Shown here one piece after another: positions 37,291-47,500 of a stretch of 64,000 nucleotides of DNA. A program made the position numbers and the translations under genes. Every line of letters begins with the position of its first letter. Within the stretch, counting starts at the first letter, position 1. This DNA comes from Gemmatimonadaceae bacterium (GTDB lineage: Bacteria > Gemmatimonadota > Gemmatimonadetes > Gemmatimonadales > Gemmatimonadaceae), in contig JBHYGA010000001.1 of NCBI GenBank assembly GCA_051859245.1, positions 992,001 to 1,056,000 of the forward strand, read 5' to 3'. The notes beneath the pieces were generated by a model. That model was not told the DNA's origin. It made no database searches and was given only the letters and a program-made list of their open reading frames with translations.

Positions 37291-38721
37291 CTACGGCGTA
37301 GCCGGCTGAAACAGCACGCCAGCGGTACCAACAGCCTTCACTGTCCAACCCATCGCACGGGCCCGTTCGCGCGCAACCGCAATGTCCAGCGGCGTCACCG
37401 CATCCGGCAGGTACAGCCAACCGTTGTGCGCCGAGAACGCCATGAGCGAGCCCGGTGTGTTGGGAAGATCGAGCGGCTCAAGGTTCATGCGATATGCGCC
37501 ACTGCCAATTGTCATGCCGGATTTCACACGCGTGAGTCCGCGCACGGGTCGAGACGCGCCTTCAAAGATGCGTCGTAACGACGCTTCTGAGGCTTGTGAG
37601 ACGTACACCGGGATTCCACGGTCGACGGCGGTAAAAACGCCCCCGTTGGTGGCCGTAATGGAGGTCGCGGCGAGCACCGCTGTGATTGGTGTCGCACCAA
37701 GTGAATCGAGCAATCGTGCGCCGTATGCGTAGCTGAAGGTTGTATGGCCAGCGCCAAGCATGAGCCAGCCATCGCCGATCTTCGCAGCACCGGCCTGAAT
37801 GCCGAACGCATTGATCATCGCGAGATCGGGCGTGGCCATATTCACGGCACGTCGAACCACGTTTTCGTGCATCGGTCTGGTAGCAGTCGATGTCAGATAC
37901 ATGGCGCGCTGTTCCGGCGTAACAGCGAACGAGTCTGCAGCAAATTCCGCGTTGAAGTTCGCGCTCTGCACAGTCATGCGTTTATAGGGCACGCCAACGC
38001 GCAGAATGTCCCACTGCGCGGGAGTGCTGATTGCGCCAAACGTGCGCCACGCGGAGTACCATACTTCCACGGGCATCACACCCCAGGCGACGAGGCCAAA
38101 GTCGTTCGGGTGTCCGGCGCGAAAGCGCAGCATGGTGGGAAGCCCAGTGCCGCGGTGAAAGAACACGGTGCCACGAAAACGGCCGGCGAGCGTTGCGGTC
38201 ACGCGCGTGTGGCGTTCTCCGCCGATTACGGTGTCCGCGCCGAGCGCGAGGTCGGCCGCGTCTCGCAAGGCCAACACCAGGCGGTCGGGAGTGTACACGA
38301 ACAACTCGGCCCGCTCATCTACGTAGGCAATGCTCAGGGGTTGGACAGCGGTGCCCATGGTGGTGAGCGCAATCGAATCGCGAATCACGTTGATAATGCG
38401 GTTCGTCCCGAACTCACGCGTGTTACGCCACGCGGGGAGTGTGTAGTCCCGGACGTCGGTGTGCGGCTCGAATGACGGTTGATCCACGTACGGTACGTTA
38501 CGGAAGTTCGCGCGCTGCCACTGCGTCATCATCCGGTACGCCACGCGCTCAACGTTTCGCAGCGTCTGCTCACCACCCATGAGCGCAAGCGCACGGCTGA
38601 TCACACGATCTGCGGACACGCGAGTGGGGGCAACCGGCGTTGCCTGCGCCCCCAGCGGCGGATGGACGAACGAGACAGCGCCAACGATTGCGAGTACAGC
38701 GATCGATCGCGAGGTTGTCAT
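37291..38721 (-). CDS. Secreted hypothetical protein, possibly with a degenerate metallo-beta-lactamase-like C-terminus
   Basis: Signal peptide (LGA-Q); A..LMGG...L..V N-terminus; no HxHxDH motif. Confidence 0.6.
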   Translation of the reverse strand: MTTSRSIAVLAIVGAVSFVHPPLGAQATPVAPTRVSADRVISRALALMGGEQTLRNVERVAYRMMTQWQRANFRNVPYVDQPSFEPHTDVRDYTLPAWRNTREFGTNRIINVIRDSIALTTMGTAVQPLSIAYVDERAELFVYTPDRLVLALRDAADLALGADTVIGGERHTRVTATLAGRFRGTVFFHRGTGLPTMLRFRAGHPNDFGLVAWGVMPVEVWYSAWRTFGAISTPAQWDILRVGVPYKRMTVQSANFNAEFAADSFAVTPEQRAMYLTSTATRPMHENVVRRAVNMATPDLAMINAFGIQAGAAKIGDGWLMLGAGHTTFSYAYGARLLDSLGATPITAVLAATSITATNGGVFTAVDRGIPVYVSQASEASLRRIFEGASRPVRGLTRVKSGMTIGSGAYRMNLEPLDLPNTPGSLMAFSAHNGWLYLPDAVTPLDIAVARERARAMGWTVKAVGTAGVLFQPATP

Positions 38722-38801
38722 GGCTCACGGAAGAGGAGGGGGAAGAAAACGGACCCGCCACCATACCGCGTTGCACCTCGTGCGCACTATCGTTCAAAAG
38801 G

Positions 38802-40118
38802 ATGAAGACTGACACGGACGATGTAGTATCGCAGCTGCAGCGGGCCAATGCGGCACTGACAGAAGGCCGCATGCGCGATCTGCTTTTACACACGCGCCAA
38901 GCCGCAGATTGGGCAGACGCGCGCGACTTTGTTGACGTGTCGATTCACATGCGTGTCGCGAGCATGTTGCAGGCGGCGTTTCGATTTTCCGGCGAACCGG
39001 ACATGTTCGAACGCGCACTGGCGGCCTGCGTCCGCGTTGGCGATCAGACGACGGTGCCGCAGTGGGCGATCCCGGCAAGGGCGTTAGCGGGCAACATCCT
39101 GATGATGGCAGGTCGGCTTCATCAAGCAATCGAAATGTGTGACGCGTCGCTGGCGCTCGCTCAGGCGTGTACGCTGCATGATGATCGGGTCGCATCCATG
39201 GGCCATCAGTTTCGTGGCTATGTACTCATGGAGTGGAATCGCCTGGAGGAAGCGCGAAGCAGTCTACTGACCGCGTGGCGAGTGTCCGCGGTTACCGATG
39301 CTGGTGTGCGCAGCGGCGTGGCGCGCATGATGGCGGAGCTTGAACTTGCCATTGGTGATATCGAAGCGGCGCAGCAGTGGAGCAACGATCTGGCCGCGAT
39401 TGTTTCCGAACCAATGACGCTGCGCAATCGCGAGTGGTTGGCGGCGGTTCGCACGCGCCACGGATTCGCCGTCACGCGTGATCTACGCGCACTCGATGCA
39501 TGGCAGCGCCGTCACGACTACCAGATTGACTCGCTCGTGCGCCTTGCCAAAGCCGACGTTACCGCGCGCCTGCACGAGGTCGCGCACCTGGCCACCATGC
39601 TTGAATCCACAAGACAGTGGACCACTCTGGCGCAGCTCAGCGAGGTGATCGAGCGCGGCGCGCGTGAGCTGCGAGTGGGATACGTTATCAGCGCACTGTG
39701 TGCACGTGCCGTTGCACGAGACGCGTTGGGCGCTGTGGATGAGGCGCTCGAACTGTGGCTGCAGGCGCTGGAGTACGGCGAGGCGGGCGGTTTTGTTCGC
39801 GTCTATATCGAGGGTTCGCCAGCACGCGTGCGGCTCTTGCGGCGCGCGGCCGAACATCCACGTGGCGCAACCCACGCGCGTCGTGTCCTGGACGCGGCCG
39901 GTCTGATGCATCGTGAAGACGCGCTTGTTCCGCTCACGGATCGTCAGCGCGATGTGCTGCAACTTGTGGCACGCGGACTCAGCGACCGCGAGATCGCGGT
40001 GGAGTCAGGGCTTAGCGTGGCCACGGTGAAAACGCACCTGCGTGCGGTGTATGCGCGGCTCGGCGTACGCTCGCGCACGGCTGCGGTGGCGAAGGCTGCG
40101 GGGGAGGGGATAGTCTAA
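38802..40118 (+). CDS. LuxR-family regulator with MalT-like TPR/SUPR region, no ATPase domain
   Basis: C-terminal LTDRQRDVLQLVARGLSDREIA...TVKTHLRAVYARLGV; GFVRVYIE linker as in MalT-like proteins. Confidence 0.85.
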   Translation: MKTDTDDVVSQLQRANAALTEGRMRDLLLHTRQAADWADARDFVDVSIHMRVASMLQAAFRFSGEPDMFERALAACVRVGDQTTVPQWAIPARALAGNILMMAGRLHQAIEMCDASLALAQACTLHDDRVASMGHQFRGYVLMEWNRLEEARSSLLTAWRVSAVTDAGVRSGVARMMAELELAIGDIEAAQQWSNDLAAIVSEPMTLRNREWLAAVRTRHGFAVTRDLRALDAWQRRHDYQIDSLVRLAKADVTARLHEVAHLATMLESTRQWTTLAQLSEVIERGARELRVGYVISALCARAVARDALGAVDEALELWLQALEYGEAGGFVRVYIEGSPARVRLLRRAAEHPRGATHARRVLDAAGLMHREDALVPLTDRQRDVLQLVARGLSDREIAVESGLSVATVKTHLRAVYARLGVRSRTAAVAKAAGEGIV

Positions 40119-40213
40119 CGTACAGGTGCAGCGCGTGCGCTCGCAGCGCAACGCCCAGCCAGTGCGTTAGCCTTCCGTCAGATCATCGTCTCTCCCGCCA
40201 GCCCCCACCTCTT

Positions 40214-43200
40214 GTGAATCGCAACGCTTTGCTCGCCGCCAGCACGTGTCTGGCGCTCGCCGCTGTCTCCACGCTTTCCGCACAACCGCGCGGTGGTGCG
40301 CGGGCCGCTGGGGCCGACACCAGCTTTGGTGTCACGTGGCGCAACATTGGCCCGAATCAATCCGGTCGTATGGTAGCCGTGGCCGGCTCGACCGCGCGCC
40401 CGGATGAGTACTACATGGGCACGACCGGCGGTGGCGTGTTCAAGACCACTGACGGCGGCAAGACGGCGTTTCCGGTGACCGATGCGTACTTCGGCGGCAC
40501 CATCGGATCCATCGATGTCCAGCAGTCGAATCCGGACGTGGTGTGGGTCGGTGGCGGCGAAACGCCAATCCGAGGCAACGTGTCGCACGGCGAAGGCGTG
40601 TGGAAGAGCACCGATGCGGGAAAGACGTGGCAGTACATGGGACTGAAAGAGACGCAGTACATCTCGCGCGTACGCATTCACCCAACGAATCCCGACATCG
40701 TGTATGTGGGTGCGCTTGGACATGTGTTTGGTCCGAACAAGGAACGCGGAGTGTTTCGCACCACCGACGGCGGCAAAACGTGGCAGAACATTCTGTTTCG
40801 CAATGACTCGACCGGTGTTGCGGATATGATCCTGGATCCGAGCAATCCGAAAATCATTTACGTCACGTTCTGGCAAGCCGGTCGCAAACCGTGGCTGCTG
40901 GTGAGCGGTGGACCGCACAGCGGCATTTTCAAGACAACGGATGGTGGTGATACGTGGACGGAGATCACACGCAATCCCGGACTGCCACAAACCGGCATGC
41001 TGGGTGCGATTGGCATCACGGTGTCACCAGCCAAGCCGAGTCGGCTGTGGGCGATTGTTGAACACGAAGCAAACGGCGGCGTATATCGCAGCGATGATTC
41101 GGGCGCCACGTGGACGTTCATGACGGGCGATCGCAATCTGCGTCAGCGTTCGTGGTACTACTCCAAGTTGTACGCCGATCCGAAAGACACAAATGTCGTG
41201 TACGGTCCGCAGGTGAGTCCGCTGATTTCAAAGGACGGTGGCAAAACGTTCGTGCGCGGATTCGGCGGCGGTGACAATCACGATATCTGGATTGATCCCA
41301 CGGATCCGAAGCGCGTCGCGGTTGCGCACGACAACGGCTTGATCATCACCAAAGACGGTGGCACCACGTCAACGCGCGTGGCGGTGGCCACGGGTCAGTA
41401 CTATCACGTGCACCTGACCAATCACTTCCCGTATCACGTCTGCGGCGCCAAACAGGACGCCGGGTCATCGTGTGGACCGGTGCGTGCCGCACAGGGTGGT
41501 CGTGGTGGTTTCGGTGGCGGCGGTGGAGCGCCGGCCGCCGCGGCGTCGCCGTTCTCCGAGTTTTACGGCGTGGCCGGCGGTGAGTCGGGGTACATCTCGT
41601 CGAATCCGAAAGATCCCGACATCATGTACGGTGCGAACTACGGCGGCAGCATGGACATGCTCAATCGTCGCACGGGCAAGTCCACGTCCATCGATCCGTG
41701 GCCGCTCAATCCGATGGGCCACGATGCAAAAGACTCGAAGTATCGCTTTCAGTGGACGTACCCGATTGTGCACTCGCCACATGATGCGAACACGATCTAT
41801 GTTGGATCGAACGTCGTGTTTCGCAGCACCAACGGCGGCATTACATGGACACCGATCTCACGCGACCTGACGCGCAACGATCCGAGCACGCTTGGTCCGT
41901 CGGGCGGTCCGATCACCAAAGATCAGACGAGCGTTGAGTACTACGGCACGGTGTTCACGCTGGCCGAGTCGAAGTTGGTGAAAGGCTTGATCTGGACGGG
42001 CTCAGATGATGGCTTGATTCACGTGTCGCGCGACAACGGTGTCACGTGGAAGAACGTGACGCCGAAGGGACTGCCCGAGTGGATGCGCTGGTCGATCATC
42101 GAAGCCGGTCAGCACGCGCCAGGCACGGCGTGGGCGGCGGGCAATCGCTATCAGATGGACGACTTCACGCCGTATCTGTATCGCACCACCGACTACGGTG
42201 TGACGTGGACGAAGATCACGAACGGTATCACGGCCGATCATTTCACCCGCGCGATTCGTGAAGACTTGCATCGTCCCGGCATGGTGTACGCGGCGACAGA
42301 ACGCGGCGTGTGGGTGTCGTACGATGCGGGCAACAACTGGCAGAGTCTGCAGAAAAATCTGCCGCCAGTGCCGGTGAGTGACATGATGTTGCGCGACGAC
42401 GATCTCGCGATTTCCACGCATGGTCGTGCGTTCTGGGTAATGGAGAATCTCACACCGCTGCGTTGGGCGCCGGAACAGGAAAAGGCCGCGAGCGCGCCGT
42501 ATCTGTTCAAGCCGGTGCCGGTGTATCGCCTGAATGGTCAGGCGTCGCCCACCTTTGTGTATCGTCTCCCGGCTGATTCAATGCCGGTGACGTTCGAGTT
42601 CTTCGACAAGGCTGGCAAGTTGCTCAAGACGGTGGCGAGCACCGACAGCACGCCAACACCGGCCGCTGGTGGTGGTGGTGGTGGTTTCGGCGGTGCGGCG
42701 CAGGGCGCCAAGCCGACGTCGCGTCGCGGTGTGAATCGATTTACGTGGAGCATGCGGCATGACAACGCCGTCGTGTTCCGCGGCATGATCAACTGGGCCG
42801 GTCGTGGCGGTGCGCCTGCGATGGCGCCCGGCACGTACACCGTGAAGATGACGGCCGGCAACAGTGCACCGGTGTCGTATGCGTTTGAGGTATTGCCCGA
42901 TCCGCGTAGTGACGCGACCGTGGCCGATCTTACGGAACAAGTCCGTTTCGGATTGCAGATTCGCGATCGCGTGACGCAGGCGAATCAGGGCGTGATCGAA
43001 ATCCGCAATCTCAAGAAGGAACTTGAGGATCGCACCGCAAAGATGACGGCGAACGCGACGTTTGCTCCGATGGTGAAACGGTTTGTCGATTCACTGAGTG
43101 CGGTGGAAGACTCGCTGTATCAGACGAAGAACCAGTCCGGCCAGGATCCGCTGAACTATCCCATTCGACTCAACGATCAGATGGGCGGTTTGATGAGCTT

Positions 43201-43447
43201 TGTGATCAGCGGAGAACGCCGTCCGCCGAAGCAGGCCTACGATGTGTACAACGTGCTTGGCCCGAAGCTCGATGTGCAGGTTGCGCGCCTTGAGCGCATC
43301 ATCACGGCCGATCTGCCCAAGGTGAACGCTGCACTGAAAGCGGCGGGATTGCCGGTTATCACACGCAGCAAGGTCGAGGTGGGCGGGAGTGGGCCCACAC
43401 CGCCGGCCTTTGTGCCTGAGGAAGGGGAGAATAATCGAGGACGCTGA
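40214..43447 (+). CDS. Secreted VPS10/BNR-repeat glycosyl hydrolase-like protein
   Basis: WRNIGP..SGR, many S/T.DGG.TW Asp-boxes, RFQWTYP, STHGR.FW. Confidence 0.88.
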   Translation: MNRNALLAASTCLALAAVSTLSAQPRGGARAAGADTSFGVTWRNIGPNQSGRMVAVAGSTARPDEYYMGTTGGGVFKTTDGGKTAFPVTDAYFGGTIGSIDVQQSNPDVVWVGGGETPIRGNVSHGEGVWKSTDAGKTWQYMGLKETQYISRVRIHPTNPDIVYVGALGHVFGPNKERGVFRTTDGGKTWQNILFRNDSTGVADMILDPSNPKIIYVTFWQAGRKPWLLVSGGPHSGIFKTTDGGDTWTEITRNPGLPQTGMLGAIGITVSPAKPSRLWAIVEHEANGGVYRSDDSGATWTFMTGDRNLRQRSWYYSKLYADPKDTNVVYGPQVSPLISKDGGKTFVRGFGGGDNHDIWIDPTDPKRVAVAHDNGLIITKDGGTTSTRVAVATGQYYHVHLTNHFPYHVCGAKQDAGSSCGPVRAAQGGRGGFGGGGGAPAAAASPFSEFYGVAGGESGYISSNPKDPDIMYGANYGGSMDMLNRRTGKSTSIDPWPLNPMGHDAKDSKYRFQWTYPIVHSPHDANTIYVGSNVVFRSTNGGITWTPISRDLTRNDPSTLGPSGGPITKDQTSVEYYGTVFTLAESKLVKGLIWTGSDDGLIHVSRDNGVTWKNVTPKGLPEWMRWSIIEAGQHAPGTAWAAGNRYQMDDFTPYLYRTTDYGVTWTKITNGITADHFTRAIREDLHRPGMVYAATERGVWVSYDAGNNWQSLQKNLPPVPVSDMMLRDDDLAISTHGRAFWVMENLTPLRWAPEQEKAASAPYLFKPVPVYRLNGQASPTFVYRLPADSMPVTFEFFDKAGKLLKTVASTDSTPTPAAGGGGGGFGGAAQGAKPTSRRGVNRFTWSMRHDNAVVFRGMINWAGRGGAPAMAPGTYTVKMTAGNSAPVSYAFEVLPDPRSDATVADLTEQVRFGLQIRDRVTQANQGVIEIRNLKKELEDRTAKMTANATFAPMVKRFVDSLSAVEDSLYQTKNQSGQDPLNYPIRLNDQMGGLMSFVISGERRPPKQAYDVYNVLGPKLDVQVARLERIITADLPKVNAALKAAGLPVITRSKVEVGGSGPTPPAFVPEEGENNRGR

Positions 43448-43612
43448 CTGTTTCGCCCGCGCAACAGCTGGGCGTGCATAGCCCACGAGGTTGCGGTCAA
43501 TACGACCGATTTGTTCGCTCGAGCACAGTCAGTATCGCAGCAGATGCAGCTCTAGTATCGGCCTCCGTTCGTCAAGAATCGCGTAACTGTATTCAAGATA
43601 ATCGTTTAACTC

Positions 43613-43673
43613 TGTTGCTCATTTGTGACACAAGGGACCGGTTTGTTTTCGAGAATTGGGAATGTCTCTTGCA
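43613..43673 (+). promoter_or_regulatory. Putative sigma54 promoter and enhancer-like site upstream of the PEP-CTERM gene
   Basis: GG-AATGTCTCTT-GCA (GG 43659-60, GC 43671-72; GG-N10-GC); TGT-N12-ACA at 43613-43630. Confidence 0.5.
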
Positions 43674-43726
43674 ATCAGCGTAGGCGTTCCCGCTTGTCCC
43701 AGTTCACGCGTACGACGGAGTACACA

Positions 43727-44407
43727 GTGATTTCAGTTGCTCGGCTATTTGCGGCTTCGGCCGCTCTCGTAGTGCTCGCCTCCTCGGCGGAGGCACAGTT
43801 TACCTCGGTTGGTGGGTTCGATTTGCGCCGAGAGGGTACTGATCGTGAGCTCCTGTACGGTCAGTCACCCTCAGGCCCAGGACAAGTCGGCGCGGCGAAT
43901 ACCGATGGTTCAGGGTTTCACACGAATACGTTCGCGCCGTTCAGAATCAGCTACAACGCGACGCTTGGCACGATGCTGTTCTCCTGGGACCTGTTCAACT
44001 TCGGTGCGACCTACGCGATCAATCCGGTGTCGAACACGTTCAACGCGATTCAGTTCAACGTTCGCGGCGCAGCTGGTAACGGGGGCGTTGCGATCGACAA
44101 CGTCACGTACAATGGTTTGTCGTTGCTCGGCCTGCAGGAGTCGGGTGCAAACAACGTCTTCCTCCCGTTCGGCGGCGTCGATGCCTCGCAGGATTTCGAG
44201 ATCGAAGGCGATCTCAAGTTCGGAGCCGTCGCGAATCCACAGGGCAGCGCCGAGGCGCAGCGTTTTTCGTTTCGTTATGGCACGATCGAGGGTGATTTCA
44301 CTTCAGTGCCAACGTCCGAAGTGCCGGAGCCCACACAGATTGCGCTGATGGGACTTGGGTTGGCCGGATTGGCCGTCGCGGCTCGCCGTCGCCAGCAGAC
44401 GCGCTAA
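43727..44407 (+). CDS. PEP-CTERM sorting-domain surface protein
   Basis: GGAG RBS + GTG; signal peptide (AEA-Q); C-terminal VPEP-TM-RRR. Confidence 0.92.
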   Translation: MISVARLFAASAALVVLASSAEAQFTSVGGFDLRREGTDRELLYGQSPSGPGQVGAANTDGSGFHTNTFAPFRISYNATLGTMLFSWDLFNFGATYAINPVSNTFNAIQFNVRGAAGNGGVAIDNVTYNGLSLLGLQESGANNVFLPFGGVDASQDFEIEGDLKFGAVANPQGSAEAQRFSFRYGTIEGDFTSVPTSEVPEPTQIALMGLGLAGLAVAARRRQQTR

Positions 44408-44440
44408 CGCGAGAGCACTTCGCAAAAGTTCGTTGTTATT

Positions 44441-44488
44441 CACCAGACACTTGCTGCCGCGAAGCGCAAGCGAGTGTCTGGTGTTTTG
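44441..44488 (+). terminator. Intrinsic terminator
   Basis: CACCAGACACTTGCT ... AGCGAGTGTCTGGTG followed by TTTT. Confidence 0.8.
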
Positions 44489-44580
44489 TATCCGTGCGCC
44501 TGTCGGTCATCAAATGCATAAACGGGGCGGGCTGTCCTCCTGTCGACGCAACCTCGGATGACCGCGCTGCCGCAGGGCGG

Positions 44581-47500
44581 CTACTGTCTCACCACCGAAC
44601 GCACGCCGTCTGAGAAGACCAACTCCAGGCGCCGTCCGTTGGTGACAACCGAATCGCCGGAGCGACGCACAAAGCCCATGATCTGACCGCTTGTTGCATC
44701 GCGGACCATCGCCATCGGGTAGGCCGCACTGTTCCAGCTGATGCGTGCACTGTTCGAGCTGACCGATGTGACACGCGACTCCGGATCCGGGCGCACCGTA
44801 GCGCGTGCAACGGCCGACTGCAGCACACTCGCGCGTGATGACTGTGCCTCGCGCACGCGCACGGTCGCCAGTCGCGATTCGAGCGACGCGGTCCACGGCA
44901 CCACCACGGCAAAGTGCCGCTCGTCGCGATCCGTGATGTGGTCAACGCGCTCGGCACTGAAGAACACCGCTTGCAGCGCCGCACCGGTGTTGTCGAGCAG
45001 TTCGGCGCGGTGCGTGCCGGTAAATGTGGTCGCCACGGGCGCACGCACACGAAAAGCGGGTTCAAGCGTGATGCGACCGTTCACGATGCGGCCCCAGACC
45101 AACAAGCCTTCGGTAGACGCGGACGGAGCAGAGGCTGCGCGCGATGCGGAGACACGCGGCTGCGTGCCGCGGTATTGCAGCACCGCGCTCCAGTTGTAAT
45201 CGCTGATCCAGTTGTTGTCGCAGTAGCTCATGATGTCGGTGGCGTTTGACTGCACCAGCGTGTTGGTGCTCGCATTCCAGCCGATCTGGCCAATCACACC
45301 GCCCGGGTACGGATAGCCTGGCGCGCCTCCCACATCACACGGCGCATGACCACGCGAAAAATTGTGTCCCCATTCGTGCGCGGCCACGTTGTCACCGCTC
45401 GGCATTTTGTCCCACCCGATCGCAGTGAGTCCCGGTACATAGCCGTAGCCGGCGATGCCGCTGTTGTAATTGGTGGCCACGACGCCGTAGTAATGCTGGT
45501 CAGGTGCTCCCTCAACCGTGCGCAGCGCGTTCATCTCGCTGAGCAGAGTCGACCAGCCGCTGGCGTTATTCGCATCCAGTTCCGTCACGCTTGATGTAAA
45601 GGGTGCACGCACGTCGGTAACGACAGCGTTGACGGGGAACAGTTGGCGCAACGTGACGAGAAACTGCTGGTGATTGGCGATGGTCACGTTGCCACTGAGT
45701 GCGCCCGTTACGACCGGCACAAAGCGCACGGTAAACGGAGGCACATTGCGCGTGGCGATCGCCTGCGGCGTTCCACCGGCCGGCCACACGTTGTCGGCGG
45801 CGTTGCCGTCAGGGAATGCGCCCGTGGGATCAAGCTCGGCCAGCACGCGCAATCCCGGTCGCATGTTCGCCGCCGGAATCGCGAGATTCCAGCTCGATTG
45901 TAGCACGCTCTGCGCGTCTGATAGTCGTACGCTCGACTCCGGCGCCGGAATGGTCGCGTTCTGCAGAAGCGTCGCGCCGTCGTACACACGCACGCGCACG
46001 GCCGGTTGTGCCGTGTTGGCCACGGTGGATCGTACGAACACACGCAGCAGTGCATCGCGACCGGCCACAAGTTCCACCGAACCGTCGAGTCGCTGCGTTG
46101 CCTGCGTTACGTGCACATGACTGATGAAGTAGTTCAGGCCGCCCGAGGCAGCGTACGTAAACGAGACAGGTACGCTGGTGTTCGCGACCACGTTCACGTT
46201 CGCGGCCGATGGTGAAGGCGTGTACGTGCTTCCGCCGCTGTTGTGCATTGATGCAGACACGGTGTAGCTGCCCGGGCTCAGGCCTGACACCGTTTGTGCG
46301 CCAAAGACTTGTTGCGTGCCCGAGGCGTTGGTGAGCGTAAACGTGGGCGTGATTCCCGGCGGCAGTCCCGACGCAGCAATGGCGATGGACCCGGAGGCCT
46401 GACCGTACGAAACGGACACGGTCACCGGCTGCGCCGATGCGCTGACCAGACGCTGCTGCGTGAGTGGAGTCGGTGTGTACGTGGCGCCAAGATGCGACAG
46501 TGAACTCGCCGAAATGATATAGGTGCCGGGTGTGAGTTGTGTGAGCGTGGTCGACGACGAAACGCCTTGCGAGAAATTGTTCGGTCCGGTTACGGTGATG
46601 CCGGCGGCGATACCATTCGGAACACCACTCACATTGATCGCGAGCGAACCGGTGCTGATGGTGTAGTGCACGGGCAATCGCAGGGTATCACCGGCGGTCG
46701 CGGTGCCTTGTGCTGTTGGGGGCGTGGGTACGTACGTAGCACCAGCGCTCGTGACCGATGTCGCGAGTACGCGCCAGATGCCCACGGCAGCAGGCGCAAT
46801 GTGTGTGGTGCGCGTGACGGACTGCGCTGCACCAGCTGGCGGAGTGAGCGTGATGCTTGCGTTCACGCCATCCGGCAGTCCGGTAACGGGGATGGCGACA
46901 ACGGTCGGCACCACCGAAAACGCAACGTTCACAGCTGTTGTTGCACCGGTGCTGATCACAACATTCTGTGTCACCAACGCCGGTGTGTATTTCACGTTGT
47001 CGGCAATGAACGATGCGGCGGTGAGCTGATACGATCCCACCGGCAGCGAGTCGAGCGTGGTGGCACCGTTGAGCGTACGTACGCTGTTCGCACCGGTGAG
47101 TGTAAGCGTTGGTACGGCGTTTGGCGGCAACCCGCTGGTGGTCACAGTGAGTCGGCCCACCTGTGCCGCGTATGCAACGTTCGCCGGCGAGGCCACCAGT
47201 GATGCCGATACGGTCACCTCGGTGCTGTCGGGCAGCGGATGATAGGTGACGCCTTGGCCCGACACAGGAAGGGCCGTTACGCGGTACGTTCCCGGCGCGA
47301 GATCGGTGACTGTTGCACTCGCGGCGATGGCGCGAGCAAATGCGTTCGGCCCGCGCACGCGAACCTGCGCATCGAGTCCCAGTGGCAGCCCAGAGACCGC
47401 CACGGCAATCGCTCCGCTCGCGAGTGTGTAGTTCACGTTCAGTCGCGCCGTGTCGCCAAAGAGCACACTCGCTTCAGCGGAGGCTGGCACCGGCGCGTAT

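Noticed and set aside
41493..42700. GGT/GGC runs in the VPS10-like gene
   Set aside because: They encode Gly-rich linkers typical of this family; not a regulatory repeat
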